Source: Parvibaculum sp.
GTDB lineage: Bacteria > Pseudomonadota > Alphaproteobacteria > Parvibaculales > Parvibaculaceae
Assembly: GCF_039680535.1 (NCBI RefSeq)
Contig: NZ_JBDKSS010000017.1
Span: 47,650-111,649, forward strand
Direction of reading: 5' to 3'
Length of the DNA stretch: 64,000 nt
This document shows, piece after piece, positions 1 through 9,373 of this stretch (the first letter of the stretch is position 1; each line of letters opens with the position of its first letter). The translations under genes were made by a program, and so were the position numbers. Below the pieces are notes generated by a model. It searched no databases. It was not told where the DNA came from and saw only the letters and a list, made by a program, of their open reading frames with translations.

Positions 1-5
1 ATGCC

Positions 6-1997
6 GTGCAGGCCGCAGGCGCGAGCGCCATTCTTCTCGACATGCCGCTCTACGAGGAGGATCCGACGTCGACCGCCTCGCTGCTGAAGCTCTGGGCGCC
101 GCTGCCCGATTCAACCTCCTATGAATTGCGCGAAGGATTGGCGAGCCTGCCCGACCATGAACAGGCTTTTGCGGCGCTGCTCGCCACCACGCCTTCCGTG
201 ATTTCCTTCGAACCGGGCAAGGCGCCGCTCGGCGAAAGCCGGCTGCCCGTCGCTCATGCCGACGTCGCCTCGACCGGTAGCGATGCGCGCCACTACGCGG
301 CGACCTATGCGCTCTGGCGCCCGAGCCTCGCCCAGTTTGAGGCGGCGGCCAAGGGCGGCGGCGCGGCCCTGCCCGATCAGACGCCCGGCACTGCGGTACG
401 TTCGCTGCCCATGCTCGTCAATCTGGGTGGAACGCTCTACCCCTCCAATGTCCTCGAAGCGCTGCGCGTCCTGCGCGGCGGCACCACCTTTCGCGCGAGA
501 GTGGCCGAGTCCGAAATGGGCTTCACCTTCGGCATGGAGCCCGGCGTCGAGCAGGTCTCCATCGACGATACGGGTCTCGCCGCGCTGACCAGCATCAAGG
601 GCGCCTTGAGGCTCTATTTCGGCGCGCCGGACACGCGCCTGGCCGTCTCGGCCGCGAAGCTCCTCGACGGCGATGCCGACATTCCGACGCTCAGGAACCG
701 CATTGCCGTGATCGGCGTTTCGGCCAATGGCACGCAGCGGCTCTACGATACGCCCATGGGCATTCAGATGCCCTCCGGCGCCATCGCGGCCAATGCGATC
801 GACCAGATTATCGACGGCGCGTTCCTGACGCGCCCAGGCTGGGCCACGGCCGCCGAACAGCTCTATATCTTCATCGGCGGCGTTCTCGTCATCATCCTGC
901 TCAGCCTTTTCCGTTTCCGCTGGGGCTTCACGCTCACGCTGCTTCTCGGCGGCGGCGGTCTCTATGCCTCATGGTGGGCGTTCGAGACACATCGCTGGCT
1001 CATCGATCCCTCGCTTGGCGGTCTGACGCTGATCGCGGCGAGCCTGACCTGCGCGCTGATGACGAAGCTACACTCCGAAGAACAGACGAACTTCATCGAT
1101 GCGCAATTCGCCCGGCGTCTCTCGCCGTCGGGTCTTGCCAAGGTGCATGCACATCCGAATCTCGTTCAGGCGGAAGGACAGCTCAAGCCGGTGACCTCGG
1201 TGGTCGTCGGGCTTCGCGGCTTCAACATCATCGCCGACCGTTACCTCGAAGATCCCAAGGCCTATGCCGACATCCTCAACCGGTTCTTCTCGCCCATGGT
1301 GAAGATCGTTCAGGACCGCAACGGCATGGTGGACCGCACCGTGGGCGACACGCTCTATGCCGTCTGGAATGCGCCGTTCGACGTCAACGAGCACGCATCA
1401 AAGGGCTGCGACGCGGCGCTTCGCATGGTCGAGAACCTCGAAGCGTTGAACGAATTCCTTGAAGAAGACGCGCGGCGCCAGCATTTGAGCCACGTGCCGC
1501 TCAGCCTTTCGATCGGCATCGATACGGGGCTCGCCACCACGGGCAATATGGGCGCGATCTTGCAATTCGATTACGGCGTGCTTGGCGAACCTGTGAGCTT
1601 CGGCGCCCATCTCCAGCGCAATGCGCGGAACTATGGCCCGGCCATCATTGTGGGCGAAGGCACGCAGCGCGCGGTGGGCGACCGCTATGCGCTGCTCGAA
1701 ATCGACCTCATCTCGACGCCGCGCCACCCGGAAGGCCGCCGCGTCTTCGCCCTGCTCGGCGACCCGATCATGCGCGCCAATCCGAAGTTCCGCGCGTTGC
1801 AGGAAGCGCATGCGCTGATCTTCTCGGCCTATCGCAACCAGCGTTGGGCCGACGCACGAGCGGCGATCACCGAATGCCGCAAGCTCAACGGCGCGATCTC
1901 GACGCTCTACGATTTCTACGAGGCGCGGATCGCGCAGTACGAGGCCAATCCGCCGGGCGAGCACTGGAACGGCTCCTGGTATGCGGGCCGGATCTGA
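6..1997 (+). CDS. CHASE2 sensor domain-containing class III adenylate/guanylate cyclase (5' partial, runs off the window start)
   Basis: The frame is open to the window edge and the first listed codon is GTG. The N-terminal half looks like a CHASE2 sensor. Three hydrophobic segments follow (LYIFIGGVLVIILLSLF, FTLTLLLGGGGLYASWWAF, LGGLTLIAASLTCALM), then a cyclase core (VVVGLRGFN, GDTLYAVWNAP, IGIDTGLATTGNMG). Confidence 0.8.
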   Translation: MQAAGASAILLDMPLYEEDPTSTASLLKLWAPLPDSTSYELREGLASLPDHEQAFAALLATTPSVISFEPGKAPLGESRLPVAHADVASTGSDARHYAATYALWRPSLAQFEAAAKGGGAALPDQTPGTAVRSLPMLVNLGGTLYPSNVLEALRVLRGGTTFRARVAESEMGFTFGMEPGVEQVSIDDTGLAALTSIKGALRLYFGAPDTRLAVSAAKLLDGDADIPTLRNRIAVIGVSANGTQRLYDTPMGIQMPSGAIAANAIDQIIDGAFLTRPGWATAAEQLYIFIGGVLVIILLSLFRFRWGFTLTLLLGGGGLYASWWAFETHRWLIDPSLGGLTLIAASLTCALMTKLHSEEQTNFIDAQFARRLSPSGLAKVHAHPNLVQAEGQLKPVTSVVVGLRGFNIIADRYLEDPKAYADILNRFFSPMVKIVQDRNGMVDRTVGDTLYAVWNAPFDVNEHASKGCDAALRMVENLEALNEFLEEDARRQHLSHVPLSLSIGIDTGLATTGNMGAILQFDYGVLGEPVSFGAHLQRNARNYGPAIIVGEGTQRAVGDRYALLEIDLISTPRHPEGRRVFALLGDPIMRANPKFRALQEAHALIFSAYRNQRWADARAAITECRKLNGAISTLYDFYEARIAQYEANPPGEHWNGSWYAGRI

Positions 1998-2136
1998 CGT
2001 CCGAGAAATCGTGTCTCTTTGGACTTGGCGACTTTGCGCGAGAAAGGCATCATCCGGCCAGATGATTGCCCTCCACTCTCTCTGCGCGTCACGCCCCGCA
2101 TGAAGCGGACATGACGAGTAGAAAGAAAGAAACCAG

Positions 2137-3123
2137 ATGACGCGCGAGATTTCCGTCGAAACCGAAACCTGGCCCATCGCGGGCGCCTTCACCATTTCCC
2201 GCGGCTCGAAAACGGAAGCCCATGTCGTCACCGTCACCATTCGCGACGGCGATGCGACGGGGCGCGGTGAGTGCGTTCCCTATGGCCGCTATGGCGAGAC
2301 GGTGAAGGACGTCATGGCATCGATCAAGGGCGCGAGCCAGGCGCTCGCCGACGGCATGACGCGCGAGGAATTGCAGCGCGCCATGACCCGAGGCGCGGCG
2401 CGCAACGCCATCGATTGCGCGCTCTGGGATCTCGAAGCGAAGCTCTCCGGGAACCCGGTCTGGAAGCTCGCAGGTCTCGAAGAGCCGAAGCCGCTGACCA
2501 CCGCCTATACGCTGAGCCTCGCCGAGCCCGACGTCATGCGCGAGGCGGCGCGCGCGGCGGCGGCGCGGCCGCTTCTCAAGCTGAAGCTGGGCGGCGATGG
2601 ACAGGACATTGCCCGCGTCGCGGCGGTGCGCGAAGGCGCGCCCGATGCGACGCTCATCGTTGATGCGAATGAAGGCTGGAAGGCGGACGACGTGCTGCCG
2701 CTCGCCACGGAACTCGCAAAGCTCAATGTCGCGCTGATCGAACAGCCGCTGCCTGCGAAAGAGGACGAAGCGCTCCGTGGCCTCGCCTGCCCCATTCCGC
2801 TTTGCGCCGACGAATCCGCGCATGGGCTCGAAGGCATGATGCGACTCGTCGGGCTCTATCAGTATGTGAATGTGAAGCTCGACAAGACGGGCGGGCTCAC
2901 CGAAGCGCTTTCGGTCATCCGCTGCGCGAAGCGGCGCAAGCTTGAAGTGATGGTCGGCTGCATGGTCGCAACCTCGCTCGCCATGGCGCCTGCCGCGCTG
3001 GTCGCGCAGGGCGCTGCCTTTGTCGATCTCGACGGGCCGCTTCTGCTCGCGAAGGACCGCGAACATGGCATCCGTTACGACGGCAGCGTGATGCTGCCGC
3101 CGGAACGGGCGCTGTGGGGCTGA
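2137..3123 (+). CDS. Dipeptide (L-Ala-D/L-Glu) epimerase, enolase superfamily
   Basis: Enolase-superfamily motifs are present: LKLKLGG, VDANEGW, LIEQPLP, CADES. Length is 328 aa. Confidence 0.8.
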   Translation: MTREISVETETWPIAGAFTISRGSKTEAHVVTVTIRDGDATGRGECVPYGRYGETVKDVMASIKGASQALADGMTREELQRAMTRGAARNAIDCALWDLEAKLSGNPVWKLAGLEEPKPLTTAYTLSLAEPDVMREAARAAAARPLLKLKLGGDGQDIARVAAVREGAPDATLIVDANEGWKADDVLPLATELAKLNVALIEQPLPAKEDEALRGLACPIPLCADESAHGLEGMMRLVGLYQYVNVKLDKTGGLTEALSVIRCAKRRKLEVMVGCMVATSLAMAPAALVAQGAAFVDLDGPLLLAKDREHGIRYDGSVMLPPERALWG

Positions 3124-3127
3124 CGCT

Positions 3128-4141
3128 TCAGGCGATATTCAGGACGATCTTTCCGAAGTGGGAGGCGCCTGCCATCGTCGTGAAGGCGGCACACGCTTCT
3201 TCGAGCGGGTAGCGCTTGTCGATCACCGGATGGATGTCGTTGACCTCGATCGCGCGGACCATGTCTTCGAAATGGGCGCGGCTGCCGACCGAGATGCCGG
3301 TGATGCGGAGGTTCTGCGAGAAGATCGCGGCGACGTTCACATCCTTGACGACGCCCGAGAGGATGCCAATGACGGCGACATGCCCGCCGATGCGCGCCGC
3401 CATGATCGACTGCGATAGCGTATCCGCGCCGCCAACCTCGACGACATGATCGACGCCGCGACCGCGCGTGAGCTTGCGGGCCTCGCTCGACCAGTCAGGC
3501 GTCTTCTTGTAGTTGATGGTGAGATCGGCGCCGAGCGCCTTCGCGCGTTCGAGCTTTTCGTCGGATGACGAGGTGATGATGACGCGCGCGCCGGCGGCCT
3601 TGGCGAATTGCAGCGCGAAGATCGAAACGCCGCCCGTGCCCTGAAGCAGAACGGTATCGCCCGCCTTGATGTCTCCTTCGACGACGAGCGCGCGCCATGC
3701 GGTGAGGGCTGCGCAAGGCAGCGTGGCAGCTTCCTCGGCCGTGTAGCCCGCGGGCGCCTTGGCGACGCCTTCGGCGGAGAGCTTGATGTAATCCTGCGCG
3801 CAACCGTCGAGCGGACCGCCGAGAGGCTGGGAAATGGCGGCAAGCGAAGGACCGCCGGAGAACCAGCTCTGGAAGAATTGCGGGCAGACATGATCGCCGA
3901 CCTTCACCCGCGTCACGCCTGCGCCGACTTCGACCACTTCGCCTGCGCCATCCGACAGCGGCACCAGAGGGGCGCCGGGCTCCGTGCGGCCAAAGCCGGT
4001 CACGGTGGCAAGATCGCGATAGTTGAGCGAGGCAGCCTTGAGCCGAACGACGATTTCACCCGGCCCCGCCTTCGGCACCTCGCGATTTTCGAGATGCAGG
4101 TGGTCGATGCCGAAGCCGTCTTTCAGAACGATAGCGCGCAT
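3128..4141 (-). CDS. NADPH:quinone oxidoreductase-like medium-chain dehydrogenase/reductase
   Basis: MDR fold with the nucleotide-binding stretch GTGGVSIFALQFAKAAGARVI. Length is 337 aa. Confidence 0.8.
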   Translation of the reverse strand: MRAIVLKDGFGIDHLHLENREVPKAGPGEIVVRLKAASLNYRDLATVTGFGRTEPGAPLVPLSDGAGEVVEVGAGVTRVKVGDHVCPQFFQSWFSGGPSLAAISQPLGGPLDGCAQDYIKLSAEGVAKAPAGYTAEEAATLPCAALTAWRALVVEGDIKAGDTVLLQGTGGVSIFALQFAKAAGARVIITSSSDEKLERAKALGADLTINYKKTPDWSSEARKLTRGRGVDHVVEVGGADTLSQSIMAARIGGHVAVIGILSGVVKDVNVAAIFSQNLRITGISVGSRAHFEDMVRAIEVNDIHPVIDKRYPLEEACAAFTTMAGASHFGKIVLNIA

Positions 4142-4269
4142 GTCATGTCTCCCTCAGAGTTTCTGTGTGCTCAATAACTGAACGCGAAGAGAGTGTTGTC
4201 AACGCACGAAAATTTGAGGGAGCTCGCGCGACACATTGCCCTTGCGGCATGCCGCAAGGGAAGCGCGAC

Positions 4270-5127
4270 TTACCGCGGGCTGTCGCCCTTGATCTGCGTG
4301 CGATGCATGACACGGCGCTGTTTTCCGTCGAACGCATCGCGACGATGAATGGCGCAGCGATTGTCCCAGATCAGAAGATCGCCGACCCGCCATTGATGCG
4401 TCCATGAGAATTCAGGCTTCGCGCAATGCGCCCAGAGCGCGTCGAGAAGGCGTTCACTCTCCTCGAGCTTCATGCCTTCGACATAGGCGTTGAGGCGGCG
4501 GCCGAGATAGAGCGCCTTGCCGCCCGTCACCGGATGCGTGCGCACCATCGGATGCTTGGCGCCCGGCGCCGTGCGCACGTCGAGCACCGCACCGGCGCCG
4601 GCGCGCAATTCGCCAACGCTCGTGGTGCTGGAATCATGATTGGCAAAACGGCCTTCGATCGCCTGTTTGAGATCGGCGGGCAGAGCTTCATAGGCCTTGT
4701 ACATGTTCGCAAAGCTCGTATCGCCGCCGTGATCCGGAATCTCCAGCGAGTGGAGAACGCTCGCCATGGGCGGCTCATCGACATAGGACATGTCGGTATG
4801 CCACTCGGCTTCCTTGTCGCCCAGCGCGCCGATGGGCCTTCCGTTCTCGACCACGTTCGAGATGATCCAGATTTCCGGCCGCGATTTCTCCTGCGCGCCC
4901 GCATAGTCGGTGGCGCTTGCGGGTGCGATGTCGAGCTCGCCGAAATGACGAGAGAAACGGATGAGGTCGTCGTCGGTCAGCTTCTGGCCGCGGAAGAGCA
5001 GAACGATGTGATCGGCCCATGCCTCTTTCAGAGCGGCCACATCGGCTTCGCTCAGTGGCTTCGAAATATCGAGCCCGCGAACCTCAGCACCCAGCGCCGC
5101 GCCCGTGGGCAGGATCTCGATCGTCAT
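4270..5127 (-). CDS. TauD/TfdA-family Fe(II)/2-oxoglutarate dioxygenase
   Basis: WHTDMSY supplies the HxD iron ligands, and the C-terminal region (RCAIHRR, RVMHRTQI) is family-typical. I moved the start from 5181 to ATG 5127 (MTIEILP), which is preceded by an AGGAAGG RBS. Confidence 0.8.
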   Translation of the reverse strand: MTIEILPTGAALGAEVRGLDISKPLSEADVAALKEAWADHIVLLFRGQKLTDDDLIRFSRHFGELDIAPASATDYAGAQEKSRPEIWIISNVVENGRPIGALGDKEAEWHTDMSYVDEPPMASVLHSLEIPDHGGDTSFANMYKAYEALPADLKQAIEGRFANHDSSTTSVGELRAGAGAVLDVRTAPGAKHPMVRTHPVTGGKALYLGRRLNAYVEGMKLEESERLLDALWAHCAKPEFSWTHQWRVGDLLIWDNRCAIHRRDAFDGKQRRVMHRTQIKGDSPR

Positions 5128-6310
5128 CGTTACCTTCCTCTTCTTCCAACACCAGCAGCGGTCCGCCGCTCCAGCGCGCACTGATGATGAGCGTGCCGAA
5201 AAATGAAACGGCGCCGACAGCGGCGCTCAACAGATAGGCCCTTGAGCCGAATGACTGATAAAGCGAGCCAGCGGCGAGCGTCATGATGCCCATTATAACG
5301 CCCGCAGAGAGAGATGCGTAGAGGCTCTGGGCTGTGGCCGCGAGTGAACGCGGTGTCGCCCGCGCGAGAAAATGGATCGTGCCGAGATGCGCCGCGCAAT
5401 AGGTGAAGGCATGGAGCGTCTGAAGCGGAAAGAGGATCCAGAGCGGTGGGTTCATGGCCGTGACACCCCAGCGCAGAACGGTTGCCGCCGCGCCAAGCGA
5501 CATCATGCGAACGGCCCCCACCCGCGCCACGACGCGGCCCGAAAAGGCAAAGAGGATGATCTCCGCCACGACGCCGACACCCCACAGAATGCCGATCACC
5601 TCATTGCTGTAGCCGAGCTTCTGCCAATTCAACGTCCCGAAAGCGTAATATACGGCGTGGGTCGACTGGATGAGGCTCGCGGTCACGAGCCCTATGAGGA
5701 ACAAGGGCTCGCGCGCGATGGCGAGCGCGGCGTGGAGCTGGCCGCCCTTCCGTGTACTGCGCATCGCCGTTGGCACCTCCGGCGCGAGCAGATAGGCGCC
5801 GGCAAGATTGACCATGATCGCGACGATGAGGCAGGTCGAAATGATGAGCGGGCCTTGCCAGCCGAGCAGCCAGCCGACGCCGAGGCTCGCGCCGATGAAG
5901 GTGATCGAGCACCAGAGCCGCACACGCCCGTAATCGATGCCGTGGTCATGCGCCGCCTTCATGGCCAGCGCCTCGATCAGCGGCGTGATCGACGGCCATA
6001 ACGACATGAGAAGCAGCGTGACGAGGAATATCTGCCAGAAGCCGTCGCTCACCGTGTAGAGGCAGACCGCAATCAGCGAGCCCCAGGCAAGAGCAATGAC
6101 GACGCGGCGGCGATTGTCGAGCCGGTCGGCAAGGAAGGCGAACAATGGCCCCGCGGCGATGCGCAGGAACATGGTCGCGGCCATGATGATGGAAATTTCC
6201 TGGGGACCGAGCCCCTTCGCCTTCAGCCAGACGGGAAAGAATGGCACCTGCACGCCCGAAAACAGGCAGAGCGAGGCGTAGAAGACGGACAGGCGTAGCG
6301 CGAGCGGCAT
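5084..6310 (-). CDS. MFS transporter (HcaT/PPP-like)
   Basis: The protein is hydrophobic throughout and has an MFS-like N-terminus (VFYASLCLFSGVQVPFFPVWLKAKGL). Its 3' end overlaps the TauD start by 44 nt. Confidence 0.75.
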   Translation of the reverse strand: MPLALRLSVFYASLCLFSGVQVPFFPVWLKAKGLGPQEISIIMAATMFLRIAAGPLFAFLADRLDNRRRVVIALAWGSLIAVCLYTVSDGFWQIFLVTLLLMSLWPSITPLIEALAMKAAHDHGIDYGRVRLWCSITFIGASLGVGWLLGWQGPLIISTCLIVAIMVNLAGAYLLAPEVPTAMRSTRKGGQLHAALAIAREPLFLIGLVTASLIQSTHAVYYAFGTLNWQKLGYSNEVIGILWGVGVVAEIILFAFSGRVVARVGAVRMMSLGAAATVLRWGVTAMNPPLWILFPLQTLHAFTYCAAHLGTIHFLARATPRSLAATAQSLYASLSAGVIMGIMTLAAGSLYQSFGSRAYLLSAAVGAVSFFGTLIISARWSGGPLLVLEEEEGNDDDRDPAHGRGAGC

Positions 6311-6428
6311 GATGTGGCCCGAATGACCCCAGGTGACCCATTTGTCCGGGCCGCCCAGTCATAGCCGATGCCATGGGCCGCGCAAGAGGGAGACGCCTCC
6401 CCCGCCGGGGGAGGCGTCCGATTTCAGC

Positions 6429-6878
6429 CTAGCCGAGGGACGGGAAGACGAAGCGGCGGGCTTCGACGCTGCCGAGCAGGAAGTCCCAGATCTTCCCTTC
6501 AAGGCCGGCGGCCCAGGGGGCCTTCGAGACTTCGGCAACGGCCTGAAGCTCGATCAGCAGCTTCTTCAGGGCGTCGTTCGAGGAGTCGAGCGCGCGAACG
6601 CGGAGCGACTCGTCCTTCGTCCTGGAGGCGGCTTCGAGCCTCCCGGCAAGGTTCTTGTCATCGATGAGCTTCGCCGCTTCCGCGAAGAGCGCGCGCATCT
6701 GCGCGTTCTCCTGATAACGAACGTCGGCGGCGCGATCGACTTCCTGCGCGACCATCAGCATCGACATCGAGATGATGCCGACGCTTCCGAGCGTATATTC
6801 GCCGCCGAGCTGCGGGGCGATGTCCATCAGCATGGTGCCGGCGAAGCCGGCGAGCATGACATCTGCATCGGGTTTCAT
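6429..6878 (-). CDS. Hypothetical protein (149 aa), translationally coupled to the upstream kinase gene
   Basis: ATG 6878 overlaps the stop of the 6875..7909 gene (ATGA). The ORF-track version 6429..7370 is an upstream extension that overlaps that gene. I recognise no family. Confidence 0.55.
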   Translation of the reverse strand: MKPDADVMLAGFAGTMLMDIAPQLGGEYTLGSVGIISMSMLMVAQEVDRAADVRYQENAQMRALFAEAAKLIDDKNLAGRLEAASRTKDESLRVRALDSSNDALKKLLIELQAVAEVSKAPWAAGLEGKIWDFLLGSVEARRFVFPSLG

Positions 6879-7909
6879 GCGCGGGCCTCCTTCGACAGGG
6901 CGGCGAGTTCCTTCGCAAGCACCCGGTTGTGAACGTCGGTCGGATAGATGCTCGACAGGGCGAGGATCGGATCGCGGTTCGAGCCCGACTGATATTCCTT
7001 GCCCGCCGAAATCCAGATGGCGAGGCCCTTCAGCGAATTGAAGATCTCCCACCAGCGCAACGCCTTGGGATCGATCTTGAGACCGCTGGCTTCCTGCCAG
7101 AGACGCAGAGACTCGGCGCGGGGCAGCATGCCGCCCGGAAGCTCCTTGTTGTCGAAGCCCCAAAGCGGGTCGGCCGCCCAGCACAGATCCTCGAGCGGGT
7201 CGCCGAGATGGCACATTTCCCAATCGAGGATCGCCTTGATCTCCCCTTCCGGGTTGAAGAGGAAATTGCCGGAGCGATAGTCGCCATGCACGACGCTGAT
7301 CTTCTGCGCGGGCGGCGGCGGATTGCGGCGCAGCCAGCGGATCGCCGCACGGGCGACGGGCTGCGGGCAAAGCTCATCCTCGTCGATGACCTTTTCCCAT
7401 TTGTCCAGTTCGCGGCTCCAGCACTCGTCCGGCGCGACCGGGTCCATCTTGAGACCGAGCTTGTCCGGATCGGCGGCAGCGATATGGCCGAGATGGGTCC
7501 AGAACTGCTTGCCGAGCTTCTGCGCCATGGGACCGTAGGGATCGGGCGTGAAAGGCGAGCCCGCCGCGCAGCCGACGATCTGCTCCATCACGAAGAAGGG
7601 CCGGTCGAGCCATTTCAGATCGGTTTCGAGGTAGAGCGGTTCCGGCACGGGAAGGCCCGTGGGATGGAAGGCGCGATAGGCGTTGTATTCCAGATCGCGC
7701 TCGGTCTCGATGAGGCTCGCCACCGGATCGCGACGAAGGATGAGAGGCCGCACCACGCGGTGCCCGCCCTCGTCCCAGGCCGCATTGAGCCGGAAGGTTT
7801 CGCGGCTTGCGCCGCCATGAATGCGCGAAACGTCCGAGACCTCGATATTCGTGGCCTGGGGCATCCTGTGCGCGAGATAAGCAGCAAAGCGCTTTGCGAT
7901 GTCTTCCAT
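6875..7909 (-). CDS. Phosphotransferase-family protein (aminoglycoside/choline kinase fold)
   Basis: Catalytic loop VVHGDYRSGNFLF and metal-binding ILDWEM are present. I set the start to ATG 7909 (MEDIAKRF), 10 nt after the upstream stop. Confidence 0.75.
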   Translation of the reverse strand: MEDIAKRFAAYLAHRMPQATNIEVSDVSRIHGGASRETFRLNAAWDEGGHRVVRPLILRRDPVASLIETERDLEYNAYRAFHPTGLPVPEPLYLETDLKWLDRPFFVMEQIVGCAAGSPFTPDPYGPMAQKLGKQFWTHLGHIAAADPDKLGLKMDPVAPDECWSRELDKWEKVIDEDELCPQPVARAAIRWLRRNPPPPAQKISVVHGDYRSGNFLFNPEGEIKAILDWEMCHLGDPLEDLCWAADPLWGFDNKELPGGMLPRAESLRLWQEASGLKIDPKALRWWEIFNSLKGLAIWISAGKEYQSGSNRDPILALSSIYPTDVHNRVLAKELAALSKEARA

Positions 7910-7919
7910 GTTCGACACC

Positions 7920-9026
7920 TCAGCCCTTGAACGGATCAAGAATGTCTTTGAAGCCGGACGGCGCATGCGGGCCGATGATGAGCTGCTCGAGAACGCCCGA
8001 GCCCGCCCGCGTCGAACCATCAGGCAGCGTCAGCTTCGCGTCGACAAAGGCCTGGATGTGCAGATGCGGCGGCACATAGCTCGGCACTTCGGAGAGCTTG
8101 AACTCCTCATAGCCGATTTCCAGCTCGCCCTTGTAGGCGCCATGGCCCCATTCGGGATGACCATAGCCGAGGCCGAGCATGTAGAAGTTCCACTTCGGCG
8201 TCAGGTCGATGCGCGACTGGCCGCCCTTGTGGTGGTCGAGGAAGATAGTCGCGGATTTCGCGTGGCGCGATCCGGGAACGAACTGAAGTTCCGAACGGCA
8301 GTTCGGAATTTCTTCCGGCTCCCCGCCCTGCCCGCACATGACCGCGTTCTGGTTCCAGGCCTCGCCCTGCTCGTCGTCATTGACGTGATAGAGCGTGATG
8401 CGGTCCTCGAAGTTGAGCGGCGCCCAGAGCCAGTAGAACTGGAACGGCATGGGCGGAACCATGGGCTGCGGATCGGCGGCGCCGATCGTCCGTACACCCC
8501 ATGAACGGTCGCGCGTACCCCAGAAGGTGTCGCGCTTCACTTCAATGCGCCGGCCCTTGACCTCGATCCAGCCTTCATAAGTGCCGTTCTGCGTGAGGCG
8601 CGTGAGGTCCATCAGCGTGCGCGGACCGTTGCGGCGCGTGAAGCGCGGCTCCTTCAGCGCGCGGGTGCGCGCGTGGAAGGTCACATCGGCGCGAATGCCG
8701 TGCTCATTGTCGGCGACGCGGATGCGGAGCGACTGAAGCGGCTCGACGACATCGACGGAGATCGGACCGACATGCGTGTCCATGCGCTCCATGTTGAGGA
8801 AGCGCGAGCCGTGAATGTTGTGCTGAACGCCATCGACGACGACGCAGAACGACGCGTCCATGATGTTGATATGCGGATAGACACCCAGCGCCGCAGCGAA
8901 GAAGACATCGCCCGACTTGGTGTAGCCGTTGAAGAAATAGCGGTCGTAGAAATTGCGGTCCGTGCCGGCATAGGCGATCGGCTCCGCGGTTTGATGAATC
9001 GGAAAATCATCCGCCTTGGTAAGCAT
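7920..9026 (-). CDS. Conserved protein of unknown function (368 aa)
   Basis: Long ORF with normal codon bias and a GGGGAGG RBS upstream of the ATG. N-terminus is MLTKADDFPIHQTAEPIAYAGTDRNFYDRYFFNGY. I recognise no catalytic motif. Confidence 0.7.
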   Translation of the reverse strand: MLTKADDFPIHQTAEPIAYAGTDRNFYDRYFFNGYTKSGDVFFAAALGVYPHINIMDASFCVVVDGVQHNIHGSRFLNMERMDTHVGPISVDVVEPLQSLRIRVADNEHGIRADVTFHARTRALKEPRFTRRNGPRTLMDLTRLTQNGTYEGWIEVKGRRIEVKRDTFWGTRDRSWGVRTIGAADPQPMVPPMPFQFYWLWAPLNFEDRITLYHVNDDEQGEAWNQNAVMCGQGGEPEEIPNCRSELQFVPGSRHAKSATIFLDHHKGGQSRIDLTPKWNFYMLGLGYGHPEWGHGAYKGELEIGYEEFKLSEVPSYVPPHLHIQAFVDAKLTLPDGSTRAGSGVLEQLIIGPHAPSGFKDILDPFKG

Positions 9027-9140
9027 GGCAAAACCTCCCCTGGCCGGTCTTGCCGGCCGTTATTTTGATGTTTTGTTAACAATGAAGTGCGGCACCGGCG
9101 CGGTCAACACTCGCGCCGCATGCCGCTACGTCAACGAAGG

Positions 9141-9168
9141 AAAACCGGCGCCTCGAAAGGCGCCGGTT
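9141..9168 (-). terminator. Putative intrinsic terminator after the rubredoxin gene
   Basis: On the minus strand, just after the stop at 9179, the sequence AACCGGCGCC-TTTCGA-GGCGCCGGTT is followed by TTCC. The stem is 8-10 bp and GC-rich. Confidence 0.5.
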
Positions 9169-9178
9169 CCATGGTCGT

Positions 9179-9346
9179 TCAGTCGAGTTCGATCATGTCG
9201 AAATCGGCCTTGGGCGTCCCGCACATCGGACAGATCCAGTCGTCCGGGATTTCTTCCCATTTTGTGCCGGCGGGGATTCCCTCCTCCGGCAGACCTTCCG
9301 CTTCAAAGTAGATGAAGCCGCAGGTCCGGCATTGCCAGGTTTTCAT
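9179..9346 (-). CDS. Rubredoxin (55 aa; absent from the ORF track because it is below the size cutoff)
   Basis: Translation is MKTWQCRTCGFIYFEAEGLPEEGIPAGTKWEEIPDDWICPMCGTPKADFDMIELD. It has both CxxCG knuckles (CRTCG, CPMCG) and the aromatic core. A GGAAGGAGAG RBS lies upstream. The gene starts 27 nt after the P450 stop. Confidence 0.85.
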   Translation of the reverse strand: MKTWQCRTCGFIYFEAEGLPEEGIPAGTKWEEIPDDWICPMCGTPKADFDMIELD

Positions 9347-9373
9347 GAAACGCTCTCCTTCCTAGAGATGCGC

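Noticed and set aside
5084-5127. The 44-nt overlap of the MFS 3' end with the TauD start as a possible recoding or fusion event.
   Set aside because: The ORF-track translation shows a non-hydrophobic acidic C-terminal tail on the MFS protein and a good RBS/ATG for TauD. The simplest explanation is an ordinary overlap or a slightly different stop context, so nothing unusual is required.
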